In this document: piece after piece, positions 39,964 through 49,389 of the stretch | Layout: each line of letters begins with the position of its first letter | Position numbering within the stretch: the first letter of the stretch is position 1 | NCBI GenBank assembly: GCA_965208325.1 | Contig: OZ242326.1 | Span: forward strand, 3,040,001-3,104,000 | Source: Candidatus Poribacteria bacterium | GTDB taxonomy: Bacteria > Poribacteria > WGA-4E > PCPOR2b | Direction: 5' to 3' | DNA length: 64,000 bases | Made by a program: the position numbers and the translations under genes | The notes under the pieces: model-generated | The model's input: only the letters and a program-made list of their open reading frames with translations | The model's database searches: none | Told to the model about the DNA's origin: nothing

Positions 39964-40731
39964 TTGTTAATTCCATTGCCCAGTCCGCCTCGGGCGGAAA
40001 AATCTTCTAAACTACCTAGCGCAGTGCAGTTGTTAATTGCTGCCAATATCCTCGTTTTTGCGTGTCAGCTCTATTATTGGCATTATCGCGGCTTGAATCT
40101 CTCTTTACATTTCGGCGCTATACCCCAAAGGATTAGCGAATTTATCCTCGTTTTTCCGCAATTGCCGGACTTATCGCGTCCAACCCTAATCACCTCACTA
40201 TTTCTGCACGATACATATAACCTCCAAGGGGGCTTCGTCCATCTCATAGGTAATATGCTGTATCTCTCGGCGTTCGGCCCCAATCTTGAGAATGCAATTG
40301 GACGAATGAAATTCTTCTTTTTTTATCTGCTATGCGGGGTGTCAGCCACTCTCTTGTACGTTGTATTTCACTACAACTCCGACGTACCACTGATCGGCGC
40401 GAGCGGCGCAATTGCCGGCGTGATGGGCGCCCACCTTTTCGCTCGCCCCAAATCCCGTATTCGATGTCTGTTTCTAATTTATATCGTCTCATTGCCGGCA
40501 ATTGTTGTGCTTGTCCCTTGGATACTAGTGCAATTGTTTAATTTTGTTTATCTTTCATCTCAAGATGCTGCAGTGGCTTGGTTGGCGCACATCGGCGGTT
40601 TTTTGGCAGGAATCTTTCTAATAGGCAAATTCCAAATGTCTTGGCGGCCGCCTCGAAAACATGAGACCGCCAATAGCCTAAACCATACATATTCAAATTC
40701 CAATGTCCCTTTGATGAAGATTGGACGCTGA
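39964..40731 (+). CDS. Rhomboid intramembrane serine protease
   Basis: HLIGNM, IGASGAIAG, AHIGGF. Confidence 0.92.
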   Translation: MLIPLPSPPRAEKSSKLPSAVQLLIAANILVFACQLYYWHYRGLNLSLHFGAIPQRISEFILVFPQLPDLSRPTLITSLFLHDTYNLQGGFVHLIGNMLYLSAFGPNLENAIGRMKFFFFYLLCGVSATLLYVVFHYNSDVPLIGASGAIAGVMGAHLFARPKSRIRCLFLIYIVSLPAIVVLVPWILVQLFNFVYLSSQDAAVAWLAHIGGFLAGIFLIGKFQMSWRPPRKHETANSLNHTYSNSNVPLMKIGR

Positions 40732-40854
40732 CCGTTCAAACCGTTCATCATCTCTTCACTGCAACAGAAAACAATGCCATCGGACATTTCATCGTTCCAA
40801 CTGCATGGCGCGATTGGAAAAACCGTAACTTACAAAATATAGGAGACCGATGAA

Positions 40855-42048
40855 TTGACAGGTAATTATCGACATCTGCTTTTGGGGCTGTCGCTTTGTG
40901 TATTTTTGACATCTTTTGCCGTGCGTGATAGTGCAGCCCGCCCGGAGTTTGCAGCGCGGGAAGATAAGGATTGTATTTTCTGCCATATCGATCCCGCTGG
41001 CGGCGGCCCGCGCAACGCTGTCGGACAAGTTTTTGAAGAAAATTACTTCGAGTTCCCTCAAGATTTCGACCCCGAGTCGTTAATGGCTGAGGCGAAAGAA
41101 ATCGCGCAAAGGCTAACAACCGCAGTGGACATTCGCACCGCTTACATCAAGACGACCGATGTCGTTCACGAAGAGGAGATGCTCGCCAACTGTACCTCAT
41201 GCCACTCCTCCGTTGATAGCTTCTTGATGATGCAGGGGGAACTAACCGTCAACGCAGAGGCGTCCGATAAACTCAGATTGACCCTGTCCAACAACTTAGG
41301 CGCAATGCTCAACGCTTTTGCCACCGTCGATGCAATTCCCGAACACCTCTACGTTAAAGTCGGCCAATTCCGAATTCCGTTCGGCCTCAAACAAAAAGAC
41401 CATAACATTCTCGTTAAAGGCGGATACAATCTTGGATCGAACAAACGGGAGGTTGGGATTGAATTCGGCGGTTCATACGGCGGCTTATTCTATAACGCAG
41501 CCGTATTCAACGGTGGAAACGCGACAATCTTCTCCGGCGGCCGCTCAGCCGATGTGGATGAAAACCACCACAAGGCGTGGGTTGCGACTGCGGGCGGCAA
41601 CGTGGGTCCGCTGCGCGCGGGTGTTTCCTATCTGCGCAATAAATCGCGGGATCAGCGCAGCATGACCGTTGGTACGTTTCTGACCGCGGTTCACAAAGAC
41701 TTGGTTCTCGAAGGGGAATTCAATTTTGGCGGAAACTTCCGGGACGGTGAGAGTATCAGTTTCGGGGATGAGGACATTGACTCCAAAGGCTACTATGTCG
41801 GCGCCAAATATCATTTGAGGCGGGGGCTAGTATTGTCGGGCCGCTACGGCCTGTTTGATTCAAATCGAAGGATATTAGGAGATGCCCAACAGCGTGTAAC
41901 AATCGCCGCACAATACACGTTTATGAAGAGTGGTTCCCTTGAGTTGCTCTATTGGCTCAACATTGAGAATGAGAACCGGACCGATAATAATTCACGGCAA
42001 CTTCGAGGCGTAGATCAGCTAATTTTAATGTCCCACTTCTGGTTCTAA
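40855..42048 (+). CDS. Outer-membrane porin with two c-type heme motifs
   Basis: Signal peptide, CIFCH and CTSCH, KVGQFRIPFG porin motif, terminal HFWF. Confidence 0.75.
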   Translation: MTGNYRHLLLGLSLCVFLTSFAVRDSAARPEFAAREDKDCIFCHIDPAGGGPRNAVGQVFEENYFEFPQDFDPESLMAEAKEIAQRLTTAVDIRTAYIKTTDVVHEEEMLANCTSCHSSVDSFLMMQGELTVNAEASDKLRLTLSNNLGAMLNAFATVDAIPEHLYVKVGQFRIPFGLKQKDHNILVKGGYNLGSNKREVGIEFGGSYGGLFYNAAVFNGGNATIFSGGRSADVDENHHKAWVATAGGNVGPLRAGVSYLRNKSRDQRSMTVGTFLTAVHKDLVLEGEFNFGGNFRDGESISFGDEDIDSKGYYVGAKYHLRRGLVLSGRYGLFDSNRRILGDAQQRVTIAAQYTFMKSGSLELLYWLNIENENRTDNNSRQLRGVDQLILMSHFWF

Positions 42049-42128
42049 AGTAGCATCCACACGCCGTATGCCGTAGACCGCATTACGTAATTATTTTCAT
42101 CATTCCAAATATAAAGAAAGGATTAATT

Positions 42129-42461
42129 ATGTCTGTTGCGCTACGTATTCACAATCGCCGGTTAAAACTTAAGATGACGCAGACCCAGCTCGCGCAGAAA
42201 GCGAATCTGACACCTGCGGCAATATCCCAGTTTGAATCCGGCACACGTAAGCCGTCATTCGATACACTTTCAAGTTTAGCCGATGCCCTGAAAGTTACTA
42301 CCGACTATCTACTCGGCAAAAAGGAACAAGGCTACGACGACCTTTTAGCCGATCCGAAAGTCAGCATCATGTTTCGCGGCATCATGGAATTCCCCGAGAA
42401 AGACAAAGAGACGATGTTTGAATTTTATGAATTTCTCAAAGCTAAAAATGAAAGTGAGTGA
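42129..42461 (+). CDS. XRE-family HTH transcriptional regulator
   Basis: MTQTQLA..ISQFESGTRKPSFDTL..LADAL.VTTDYLLG. Confidence 0.92.
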   Translation: MSVALRIHNRRLKLKMTQTQLAQKANLTPAAISQFESGTRKPSFDTLSSLADALKVTTDYLLGKKEQGYDDLLADPKVSIMFRGIMEFPEKDKETMFEFYEFLKAKNESE

Positions 42462-43318
42462 AGCAAAGTATTTGCGGACTGAAGATGGCTGGACGAAATT
42501 CCCTTAACTGGTCTAACGTTGCACACGGGCTGTCATACAATTCTCGTCATCCCGCTGAATGTGCGCGTCGCTTGCTGCAAGAGTTAAACATTCATGCCCT
42601 ACCGATTCAGCCCCAAAATATTGCCAAAAAACTTGAGATTGTCATCTGGGAACGCGACATGGAAAGCCAATATGACGGCTGCCTAATGCGGGTCGGAGAT
42701 ACCTGGGGCATACTCATCAACAGCCAGATTCAGTCTCAATCCAGAAAAAGGTTCACTATCGCTCACGAATTGGGGCACTATCACCTGGATCGGGAGGCAA
42801 CCGGAGATCGGCGCTGCCGCGGAGGCGAACTAGGCTTCTTTAACGCACGCGGCCCGGAAGAGCAGCGCGCTAACCAGTTTGCCGTTGAGTTATTGATGCC
42901 ATCCCCGTTTTTTCAGGAGGACGCCGAGAATCTGCCGAACGTCGGCCTAGCCGCAATTGACGCACTCTCCGCCCGTTACGCCACTTCCCTTACCAGCACG
43001 GCAATTCGCTACACCCGATTGAGCCCGCATAATTGCGCTATCGTGTTCTCCGAAAATCGACAAATTAAATATTTCGCCTATTCAGATGACTTTCGCCGAA
43101 ATAGCGACTGTTACCTTGTTAAAAACAAGCCGCTTCACCCGGAGGCGTTGGCATCTTCCCTCGCTGATACCTCGCTTAATGAAACTAGGGACAAACGGGG
43201 GAAGGTGCCCCTGTCATGCTGGTGTCCCGCAAAATCAGACCGGCTAATTATCGAGCATTCTCGCTTCCTGCCCCGCATTAACAAGGTGGTCTCTTTCCTT
43301 TGGATTCCGCAGGATTGA
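42458..43318 (+). CDS. ImmA/IrrE-family metallopeptidase
   Basis: RKRFTIAHELGH, E..ANQFAVELLMP, SLTSTAIR; GTGA overlap with the XRE gene. Confidence 0.9.
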   Translation: MKQSICGLKMAGRNSLNWSNVAHGLSYNSRHPAECARRLLQELNIHALPIQPQNIAKKLEIVIWERDMESQYDGCLMRVGDTWGILINSQIQSQSRKRFTIAHELGHYHLDREATGDRRCRGGELGFFNARGPEEQRANQFAVELLMPSPFFQEDAENLPNVGLAAIDALSARYATSLTSTAIRYTRLSPHNCAIVFSENRQIKYFAYSDDFRRNSDCYLVKNKPLHPEALASSLADTSLNETRDKRGKVPLSCWCPAKSDRLIIEHSRFLPRINKVVSFLWIPQD

Positions 43319-43410
43319 GCACATCGTTTTGTAGGAGAGGCTTCCCAGCCTCGATTTACAATCAGACAATCGCCCCATTGTGTAAATATGAACCGATAAC
43401 GCGTATAACT

Positions 43411-44250
43411 TTAGCCGCACTGAGCAATCGCTAGTTTCAACGTGTTTTCTAGCAATATCGCACGAGTCATCGGACCAACCCCGCCCGGCACCGGCGTAAT
43501 GTACCCCGCCGTCTCCTTGACACTCTCGTAATGCACATCCCCGACTAGCCGACCCTCAAGCCGATTGATTCCCACATCAATCACGATTGCACCCGCTTTA
43601 ACCATATCTGCCTTAATCATTTCGGGTTTGCCCGCCGCGACAATCAATATATCCGCGCTTCGCGTCTGTTCCGCCAGATGCCGCGTACGCGAATGGCAGT
43701 ATGTAACCGTCGCATTGCGGTTGAGTAAAATCAACCCAATTGGTTTCCCGACAAGGCTGCTGCGCCCCACGCAAACCGCATGTTTACCTTCGATTTCCTC
43801 GCCTGTTGATTCGATGAGCCGAACAATCCCCGCCGGCGTGCACGGCAGTACGCACTCGCGGTTTATCATCAAATTTCCCAAGTTCGCTGCGCCCAGCCCG
43901 TCTGTATCTTTTTCCGGTGCGATCGCGTCAATTACCGCCTGCCCATCAATCTGGTCGGGGACTGGCATTTGTGCCAGAATCGCGTGTATCTCCTTGCGCC
44001 CGTTCAACGTCTGTATTTGGTCAATTACCTCGTCTTGAGTCGCCCTTTCGCTCATACGGTAAACTTCCGAATGAAAACGAACGCGCTCGCAGTCCTTCTG
44101 TTTGTAATCTACATAAATCGTTGAAGCCGGATCGTCACCGACCTGCACCACTGCAATCCCGGGCGTAAACTTCAGCTTTTTCACTTGCCGCCGCGTCTCG
44201 ATTCGAATTGATTTTGCGAGGCGGTTCCCGTCAATTATCTCTGCTGGCAT
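43411..44250 (-). CDS. folD: Methylenetetrahydrofolate dehydrogenase/cyclohydrolase
   Basis: PCTPAG, GRSSLVGKP, VIDVGIN, TPVPGGVGPMT. Confidence 0.97.
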   Translation of the reverse strand: MPAEIIDGNRLAKSIRIETRRQVKKLKFTPGIAVVQVGDDPASTIYVDYKQKDCERVRFHSEVYRMSERATQDEVIDQIQTLNGRKEIHAILAQMPVPDQIDGQAVIDAIAPEKDTDGLGAANLGNLMINRECVLPCTPAGIVRLIESTGEEIEGKHAVCVGRSSLVGKPIGLILLNRNATVTYCHSRTRHLAEQTRSADILIVAAGKPEMIKADMVKAGAIVIDVGINRLEGRLVGDVHYESVKETAGYITPVPGGVGPMTRAILLENTLKLAIAQCG

Positions 44251-44998
44251 TTATTGATGTCTCTCTCCTCACTCAACTGTACAACATAGGTCAAATCCCA
44301 AAATCACGAATGTCTGAATTCATACGAAAACACCTACAATTATAGCATACGCAACATCCTTCCATCCATACATACTCATGTTTCGGCAAATGACGTTTTA
44401 ACCCCTCCCCCGTAGGAGCGATCTCCGAATCGCGACCCTTATTTGAAACGGAGTTTTTTCTTCAAAACTCGGTTTCTTAAAGGCACTCCGTACGCGCAAT
44501 GTCCCAATTCCATTGCTGTGACCTCGGAAAAACTCGCACAGCGAAACCCTACGATCAAATGAGCGAATAGCATAGGCGATAGTCTTCTCCCAAATACCAA
44601 ATCCGCCCCGACCCAAACACACCGCAACATATTCCATAACATCAACTGACCGATTCACTGCAGCATACTGTGAATGTCCTAAATCTCCCTTATATTTACT
44701 GCTAATAAATTAGCATGTTTATCCGCTCGAACGACGTACAGATCTTTTTTTCTTGGTTACCTTTTGGTTACCCCACGATTTCAATGAACCCGCACCACAA
44801 GCGGGCCGGTGCATTTCAAAGAAAGGTAACCACTAACCTCAGCCCAACCGGAAATCCGCCATTTTCCCATTGCTCTACGCAACCTCCAACTTCTCATGTA
44901 AACAATGCGCCAGAATCCCACCCAAATTTTACATCTTGACATATCAACCATATTCTGGAATAATCAAAACAGCCATTTCCGCCAGAAAGCACTGGAGC

Positions 44999-46213
44999 AT
45001 GAATATTCTTTTTCTATCTATCACGGTTCCCTTCCCGCCCAACGATGGCGGACGCATCCGCATATTGAACTTGCTCAAACAGATTGCCTCAAAAAACCGG
45101 ATTTCCCTGCTAGCGCTGGAAACTGCACCGACGGATAGTGAAGGAATTGCCTACCTCCGCGATTTGGGGATTGACGCCCACCTGGTGCAGCGAGCCCCGA
45201 ATTTGCCGCCGCTGCGCCCGAACACGGTTTTACGCGCCCTTTTAAACAGGCAGCCCATTACCGTGGCCCGCTACTATTTCCCGGCATTCAAACAGAAATT
45301 GCATGCGCTGTTGACGCAAAACACCTTTGATTTGATTGACCACGAATACCTGCATACGGCGCCATATCGCGTAAAGGCGAATCTGCCCACGTTACTCACC
45401 GCACATAATGTGGATTCCCACATTTGGCACCGCCTATGTCAACAGACTAATAATCCCGCACGAAAATTCCTATTCTGGACACAGAAATACCTCTTTGAAC
45501 GCTACGAACGCCGAACACTGCCTAAATTCGATGCGATTGCATGCACCTCAGAAACCGATCGCGCTGTACTCCAGAGTATCGCTCCCAATGCCGCCATTGA
45601 AGTGATTCCCAATGGGGTAGACTTGGAATTGTACCAACCAAACCACACGTGTGAGGACGAAGCCGCCCTGGTCTTCACCGGTAGTATGGATTGGTATCCA
45701 AACGAGGACGCCGTAATCTATTTCGCGGATGAGATTTTTCCAATGATTAAAGCAAGGCGGGCAGATGCAAAATTTTACATCGTTGGGCAGCATCCCACGA
45801 ATCGAGTGCAAAAACTAGGGGAGCGTCCGGGGATTATCGTTACCGGGCGAGTCGAAGATACCAAGCCGTACATCGCGCGCGCAACGGTTTACGTCGTACC
45901 CCTGCGGATTGGCAGCGGCACGCGGCTGAAAATCCTTGAAGCGCTCGCCATGGAAAAAGCCGTTGTTTCAACAACGGTTGGGGAGGAGGGTTTAAATCTA
46001 ACGGGCGGTGAAGAAATTATCATCGCTGATGAACCGGTGCGCTTTGCCGATGCCGTCGTTCAACTCATTCGAGATAAACAGATGCGCCGGCAGCTCGGGG
46101 AAAACGGCTGGAAGCGCGTCGAGGCTGATTACGACTGGCGGCGCATCGGTGAGAAATTGCATCGGCTTTACGAATCAACAGTAAAGCAGTGGCCAGCGGT
46201 CAGTGACCAGTAA
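44999..46213 (+). CDS. GT4 glycosyltransferase
   Basis: PFPPNDGGRIR, HNVD, FTGSMDWYPN, GSGTRLKILEALA; start at ATG 44999 after GGAG. Confidence 0.9.
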   Translation: MNILFLSITVPFPPNDGGRIRILNLLKQIASKNRISLLALETAPTDSEGIAYLRDLGIDAHLVQRAPNLPPLRPNTVLRALLNRQPITVARYYFPAFKQKLHALLTQNTFDLIDHEYLHTAPYRVKANLPTLLTAHNVDSHIWHRLCQQTNNPARKFLFWTQKYLFERYERRTLPKFDAIACTSETDRAVLQSIAPNAAIEVIPNGVDLELYQPNHTCEDEAALVFTGSMDWYPNEDAVIYFADEIFPMIKARRADAKFYIVGQHPTNRVQKLGERPGIIVTGRVEDTKPYIARATVYVVPLRIGSGTRLKILEALAMEKAVVSTTVGEEGLNLTGGEEIIIADEPVRFADAVVQLIRDKQMRRQLGENGWKRVEADYDWRRIGEKLHRLYESTVKQWPAVSDQ

Positions 46214-46312
46214 AAAACAGTGGATAGTTGCCAGTGGACAGTGGCTAGTAAAGAACAAGGCTTTTTCTGGATACTGGTCACTGGCTACTGGACACTGGAC
46301 ACCGGTCACTAG
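46186..46312. repeat. Inverted arrays of heptamer repeats (CAGTGGC-like) between convergent genes
   Basis: cagtggc/cagtgac run followed by its complement; similar arrays at ~47311-47353 and ~48550-48632. Confidence 0.65.
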
Positions 46313-47214
46313 CTATACCAATTATGGATGACGTAAACCGGATCAGAACCTTTGTCGAGCTGAATCACAGCGCTGTCTGCATCCGGTATGAACTCGTTTC
46401 GCAGCGTACTCGGGACATCCGCGTCCAAGTCCGGATCGACTCGCAACGCTGCTAAATCCCAACGTAGATTCTCGCTGCTTGCTACAATCACATGGGGATG
46501 CGCTGCAACCAGTGAGATCCGCTGCAACCCCTCGTTTTTTCGTTCTAATGTCAAATCCGACACTACAAAATGAATCGTTTGGAAAACGTCCCGCATTTCA
46601 GCACGGTAAGCATTCCGAGAAACGGAAAGAGGCTCGCTGCTCCGATCGGCCTGATTCATCAGTGATAGCGGCTGGGTTGAATTAATGGCTTTTACCAGTT
46701 TTTTTGAAAAGACGCCAAAACCGAAGCGCATGAGTTTCAGATTCCCAAGGAAATGGTCGGTTTCATAGCCATTCGACTTAGGCAACCCGCCGTAGATGAT
46801 AATCTGGGCGCAGTTGAATTCCTCTATTGCATAGGCTGCCGCTAATTGTCCATCTGTATAGTCCTTGTCAACCCTGCCAACCCACTCGTGGATAATTCGC
46901 ATGCCGCCTGCTCGGAAACGTTCGATACCGCTCATGGCCTGGACATCATCCAATGAATCGAGATCGCCGATTAGAACCGTCGGGGCAAATTGAGTGCCAA
47001 AGGTCTGATTAACGTTACAAAAACACCGCAACCCTGCATCAGCGCAGATTAATGGGCATCTGTTCTCCAATCCCCATTCAATCTCCTGTCTGTAGAATTC
47101 AGGATGCTCTGAGTCGTAATTGCCGTTAAGGAAGATTAATGCAGGTTTGATAGGGATTTGGCTCCGTTGCAGAAACCAAGTTTTGAAGAAAAAACTCGGT
47201 TTCAAATTACACAT
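46309..47214 (-). CDS. Thiamine pyrophosphokinase-like protein
   Basis: ICADAG, IGDLDS, DKDYTD and DHFLGN motifs; start uncertain (overlaps a REP). Confidence 0.72.
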   Translation of the reverse strand: MCNLKPSFFFKTWFLQRSQIPIKPALIFLNGNYDSEHPEFYRQEIEWGLENRCPLICADAGLRCFCNVNQTFGTQFAPTVLIGDLDSLDDVQAMSGIERFRAGGMRIIHEWVGRVDKDYTDGQLAAAYAIEEFNCAQIIIYGGLPKSNGYETDHFLGNLKLMRFGFGVFSKKLVKAINSTQPLSLMNQADRSSEPLSVSRNAYRAEMRDVFQTIHFVVSDLTLERKNEGLQRISLVAAHPHVIVASSENLRWDLAALRVDPDLDADVPSTLRNEFIPDADSAVIQLDKGSDPVYVIHNWYS

Positions 47215-47426
47215 CTTACATTGAATAAAGAGATTTATGCGGATTAGGTATTAGCCGATTTGAGCTTGTGTTTCAGAAGAATTGAAAGGCGAGTATAGTA
47301 TATCATAAAACCAGTTGCTAGTTGCCAGTGGTCAGTAAAAAAACTGGTCACTAGCCGCAGGCAGCGGGGCACTGCTTTTAGAGCAACTCCCTCTCGGGGT
47401 CGCCCAGACATTGAAAGGAAAAACGA

Positions 47427-48563
47427 TTGTTAACTTGGGGCCGCAATTTTCGGTTGTTGGCATGCGCCGTATTTGGTACCGGCGTGTTTTTCGGAATCCA
47501 GACGGCGCTCTTTTACAACTTCATTGTGGATCGAATCGGTATCGATTCCGTTGAATTGGGCTATATGGAATCGCTGCGGGAAGTGCCCGGCTTCCTCAAC
47601 GCGTTCTTTACCGCTATCACCATCTATTTTGCGCCGCCCATTCTCAGTGGATTTGCCCTCATCGTCATGGGATTTGGGTTGGCGGCATACTCGCAGGCGA
47701 ATGTATTTTTGGAGGTGCTCATCTACTCGTTTGTATGGAGCATCGGCTTTCACGCCTGGCTGCCCCTGCGCGGCGCAATGACGCTAGCCTACTCCGAGGG
47801 AGACGAGAAGGGAAAATGGCTGGGTCAATTGAGAAGCGTGGAGAGTTTTGCTACTTTAGGGGCAATCCTGCTGTGCCTGCTCGCTGTGAACGCCTTAGAG
47901 TTTGAAGGGCTGTTTCAAATTGGCGGCGGGGTAGTTGCAGTCGGCGGAGTAATTCTGATGTTCGCTTCGCGCCAGTTACAAGCTGAACGCGAGCCGCGGC
48001 TTGTGCTTCGAAAACGCTATTGGCTCTATTATCTATTATCCTTCCTTCAAGGCTGCCGCAGGCAAATTTTCATTACTTTTGCGATATTCGCGCTTGTCAA
48101 GGTGTATGGCACCGATAGAAATCTGATTATTAAACTCGTCCTGATTAATCAGGTCGTAGTGCTGGTTGTGGCTCCAATTGCAGGTCAACTTATCGACAAA
48201 CTCGGCGAACGCAAGATGTTGAGCGCCAGTTATATCGGCTTATTTTTCGTGTTCATTGGTTATGCGGTGCTGCATAATGCAAACCATTTGTATATCCTCT
48301 ACTGTATCGATAATTTCTTGTTTATTGGAGGAATCGCGCTAACCACCTACCTGAACAAAATCGCGCCGAAAAGCGATCTCAAGCCAACGCTCGCGATGGG
48401 CGTAACCATGAACCATGTCGCTGCAGTGGCGGTACCGCTAATCGGCGGACTAGCATGGAAACAATTTGGCTATCAAGTTATCTTCATTAGCGGCGCAGTT
48501 TTCGTATTAATCTCGTTGATAGTCACGCAGTGGATTAAAACGGGACGAAGCAGTGCCAGTTGA
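47427..48563 (+). CDS. MFS transporter
   Basis: ~12 TM segments, ESLREVPG, G.LIDKLGER motif. Confidence 0.88.
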   Translation: MLTWGRNFRLLACAVFGTGVFFGIQTALFYNFIVDRIGIDSVELGYMESLREVPGFLNAFFTAITIYFAPPILSGFALIVMGFGLAAYSQANVFLEVLIYSFVWSIGFHAWLPLRGAMTLAYSEGDEKGKWLGQLRSVESFATLGAILLCLLAVNALEFEGLFQIGGGVVAVGGVILMFASRQLQAEREPRLVLRKRYWLYYLLSFLQGCRRQIFITFAIFALVKVYGTDRNLIIKLVLINQVVVLVVAPIAGQLIDKLGERKMLSASYIGLFFVFIGYAVLHNANHLYILYCIDNFLFIGGIALTTYLNKIAPKSDLKPTLAMGVTMNHVAAVAVPLIGGLAWKQFGYQVIFISGAVFVLISLIVTQWIKTGRSSAS

Positions 48564-48633
48564 AAGGCAGTGACCAGTGGCCAGTGTCCTGTTTTTTACT
48601 GGCAACTGACCACTGGCTACTGGCACTGTTTTT

Positions 48634-49185
48634 TCAGTCAAGGATTTTTACATTCCCTAATTTATCAGTAACGGCGACCGCCCCGCCGTCTTCACTAATA
48701 CCAATCGCCACCCCCGATTTCTCATCCCTACCCAAGACACCGACAAAACCACCGTTTGACCCGTAATCGAGCGACGCCACCGGTTTCCCGTCTTTGTTCC
48801 GGACCTCGACAATCCCGCCGTGCTCACCGATACCAAGCCACGCCATCGATTCCCCGTCCTTACCTTTAGCAGTCACACGCCCGCTGTCTTCATCGGATTG
48901 GAGAATCACCCGGAATTCCCCGTCCTTGCCCAAGACTCCGACACGCCCGCCGTGTTCATCACCAATGACACTCACCTTTGCGTCGGTTTCCAGCACGCTT
49001 GCGTATGTACTTGTAGTGAGAATCACCCTCACCTTGCCTGACGCATCAACGACTCTCAAACTTGCGCACTCAATATCCCCGAATTTATCGCGTTGCGCTG
49101 TCACTGACGACACCACCAACGCCGTGATGATACTGCCTACAATACCGCCAATGATACCGGTGATAACCTGATGTTTCGTGTGCAT
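48634..49185 (-). CDS. Hypothetical exported protein with G.V.V..KDG beta repeats
   Basis: N-terminal hydrophobic helix, ~22-aa repeats; AAAAGGAG RBS before ATG 49185. Confidence 0.75.
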   Translation of the reverse strand: MHTKHQVITGIIGGIVGSIITALVVSSVTAQRDKFGDIECASLRVVDASGKVRVILTTSTYASVLETDAKVSVIGDEHGGRVGVLGKDGEFRVILQSDEDSGRVTAKGKDGESMAWLGIGEHGGIVEVRNKDGKPVASLDYGSNGGFVGVLGRDEKSGVAIGISEDGGAVAVTDKLGNVKILD

Positions 49186-49389
49186 TGTAATCTCCTTTTG
49201 GGTTGGGTTAGCTACGAAAATCAACTTCAGACACTACACCTATCGTAGGCGGGGCATCTTGCCCCGCATTCATGTCGCCTGCCCATTGGAATTTCTACTT
49301 TTGAGTCGGGTTAGCTACAAAAATCATCTTAGGTAGTCAATATCGAGGCTAGGAAGCCTCTCCCACAAGCCAAATTCGGTCGGTTGATC

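Noticed and set aside
39964..40731. Rhomboid acting as the sortase for the TWG tail
   Set aside because: The tails have no transmembrane helix as in GlyGly-CTERM, and the only link is presence in the same window
42129..43318. Prophage, ICE or CBASS locus
   Set aside because: No integrase, att site, structural, cyclase or effector genes adjacent
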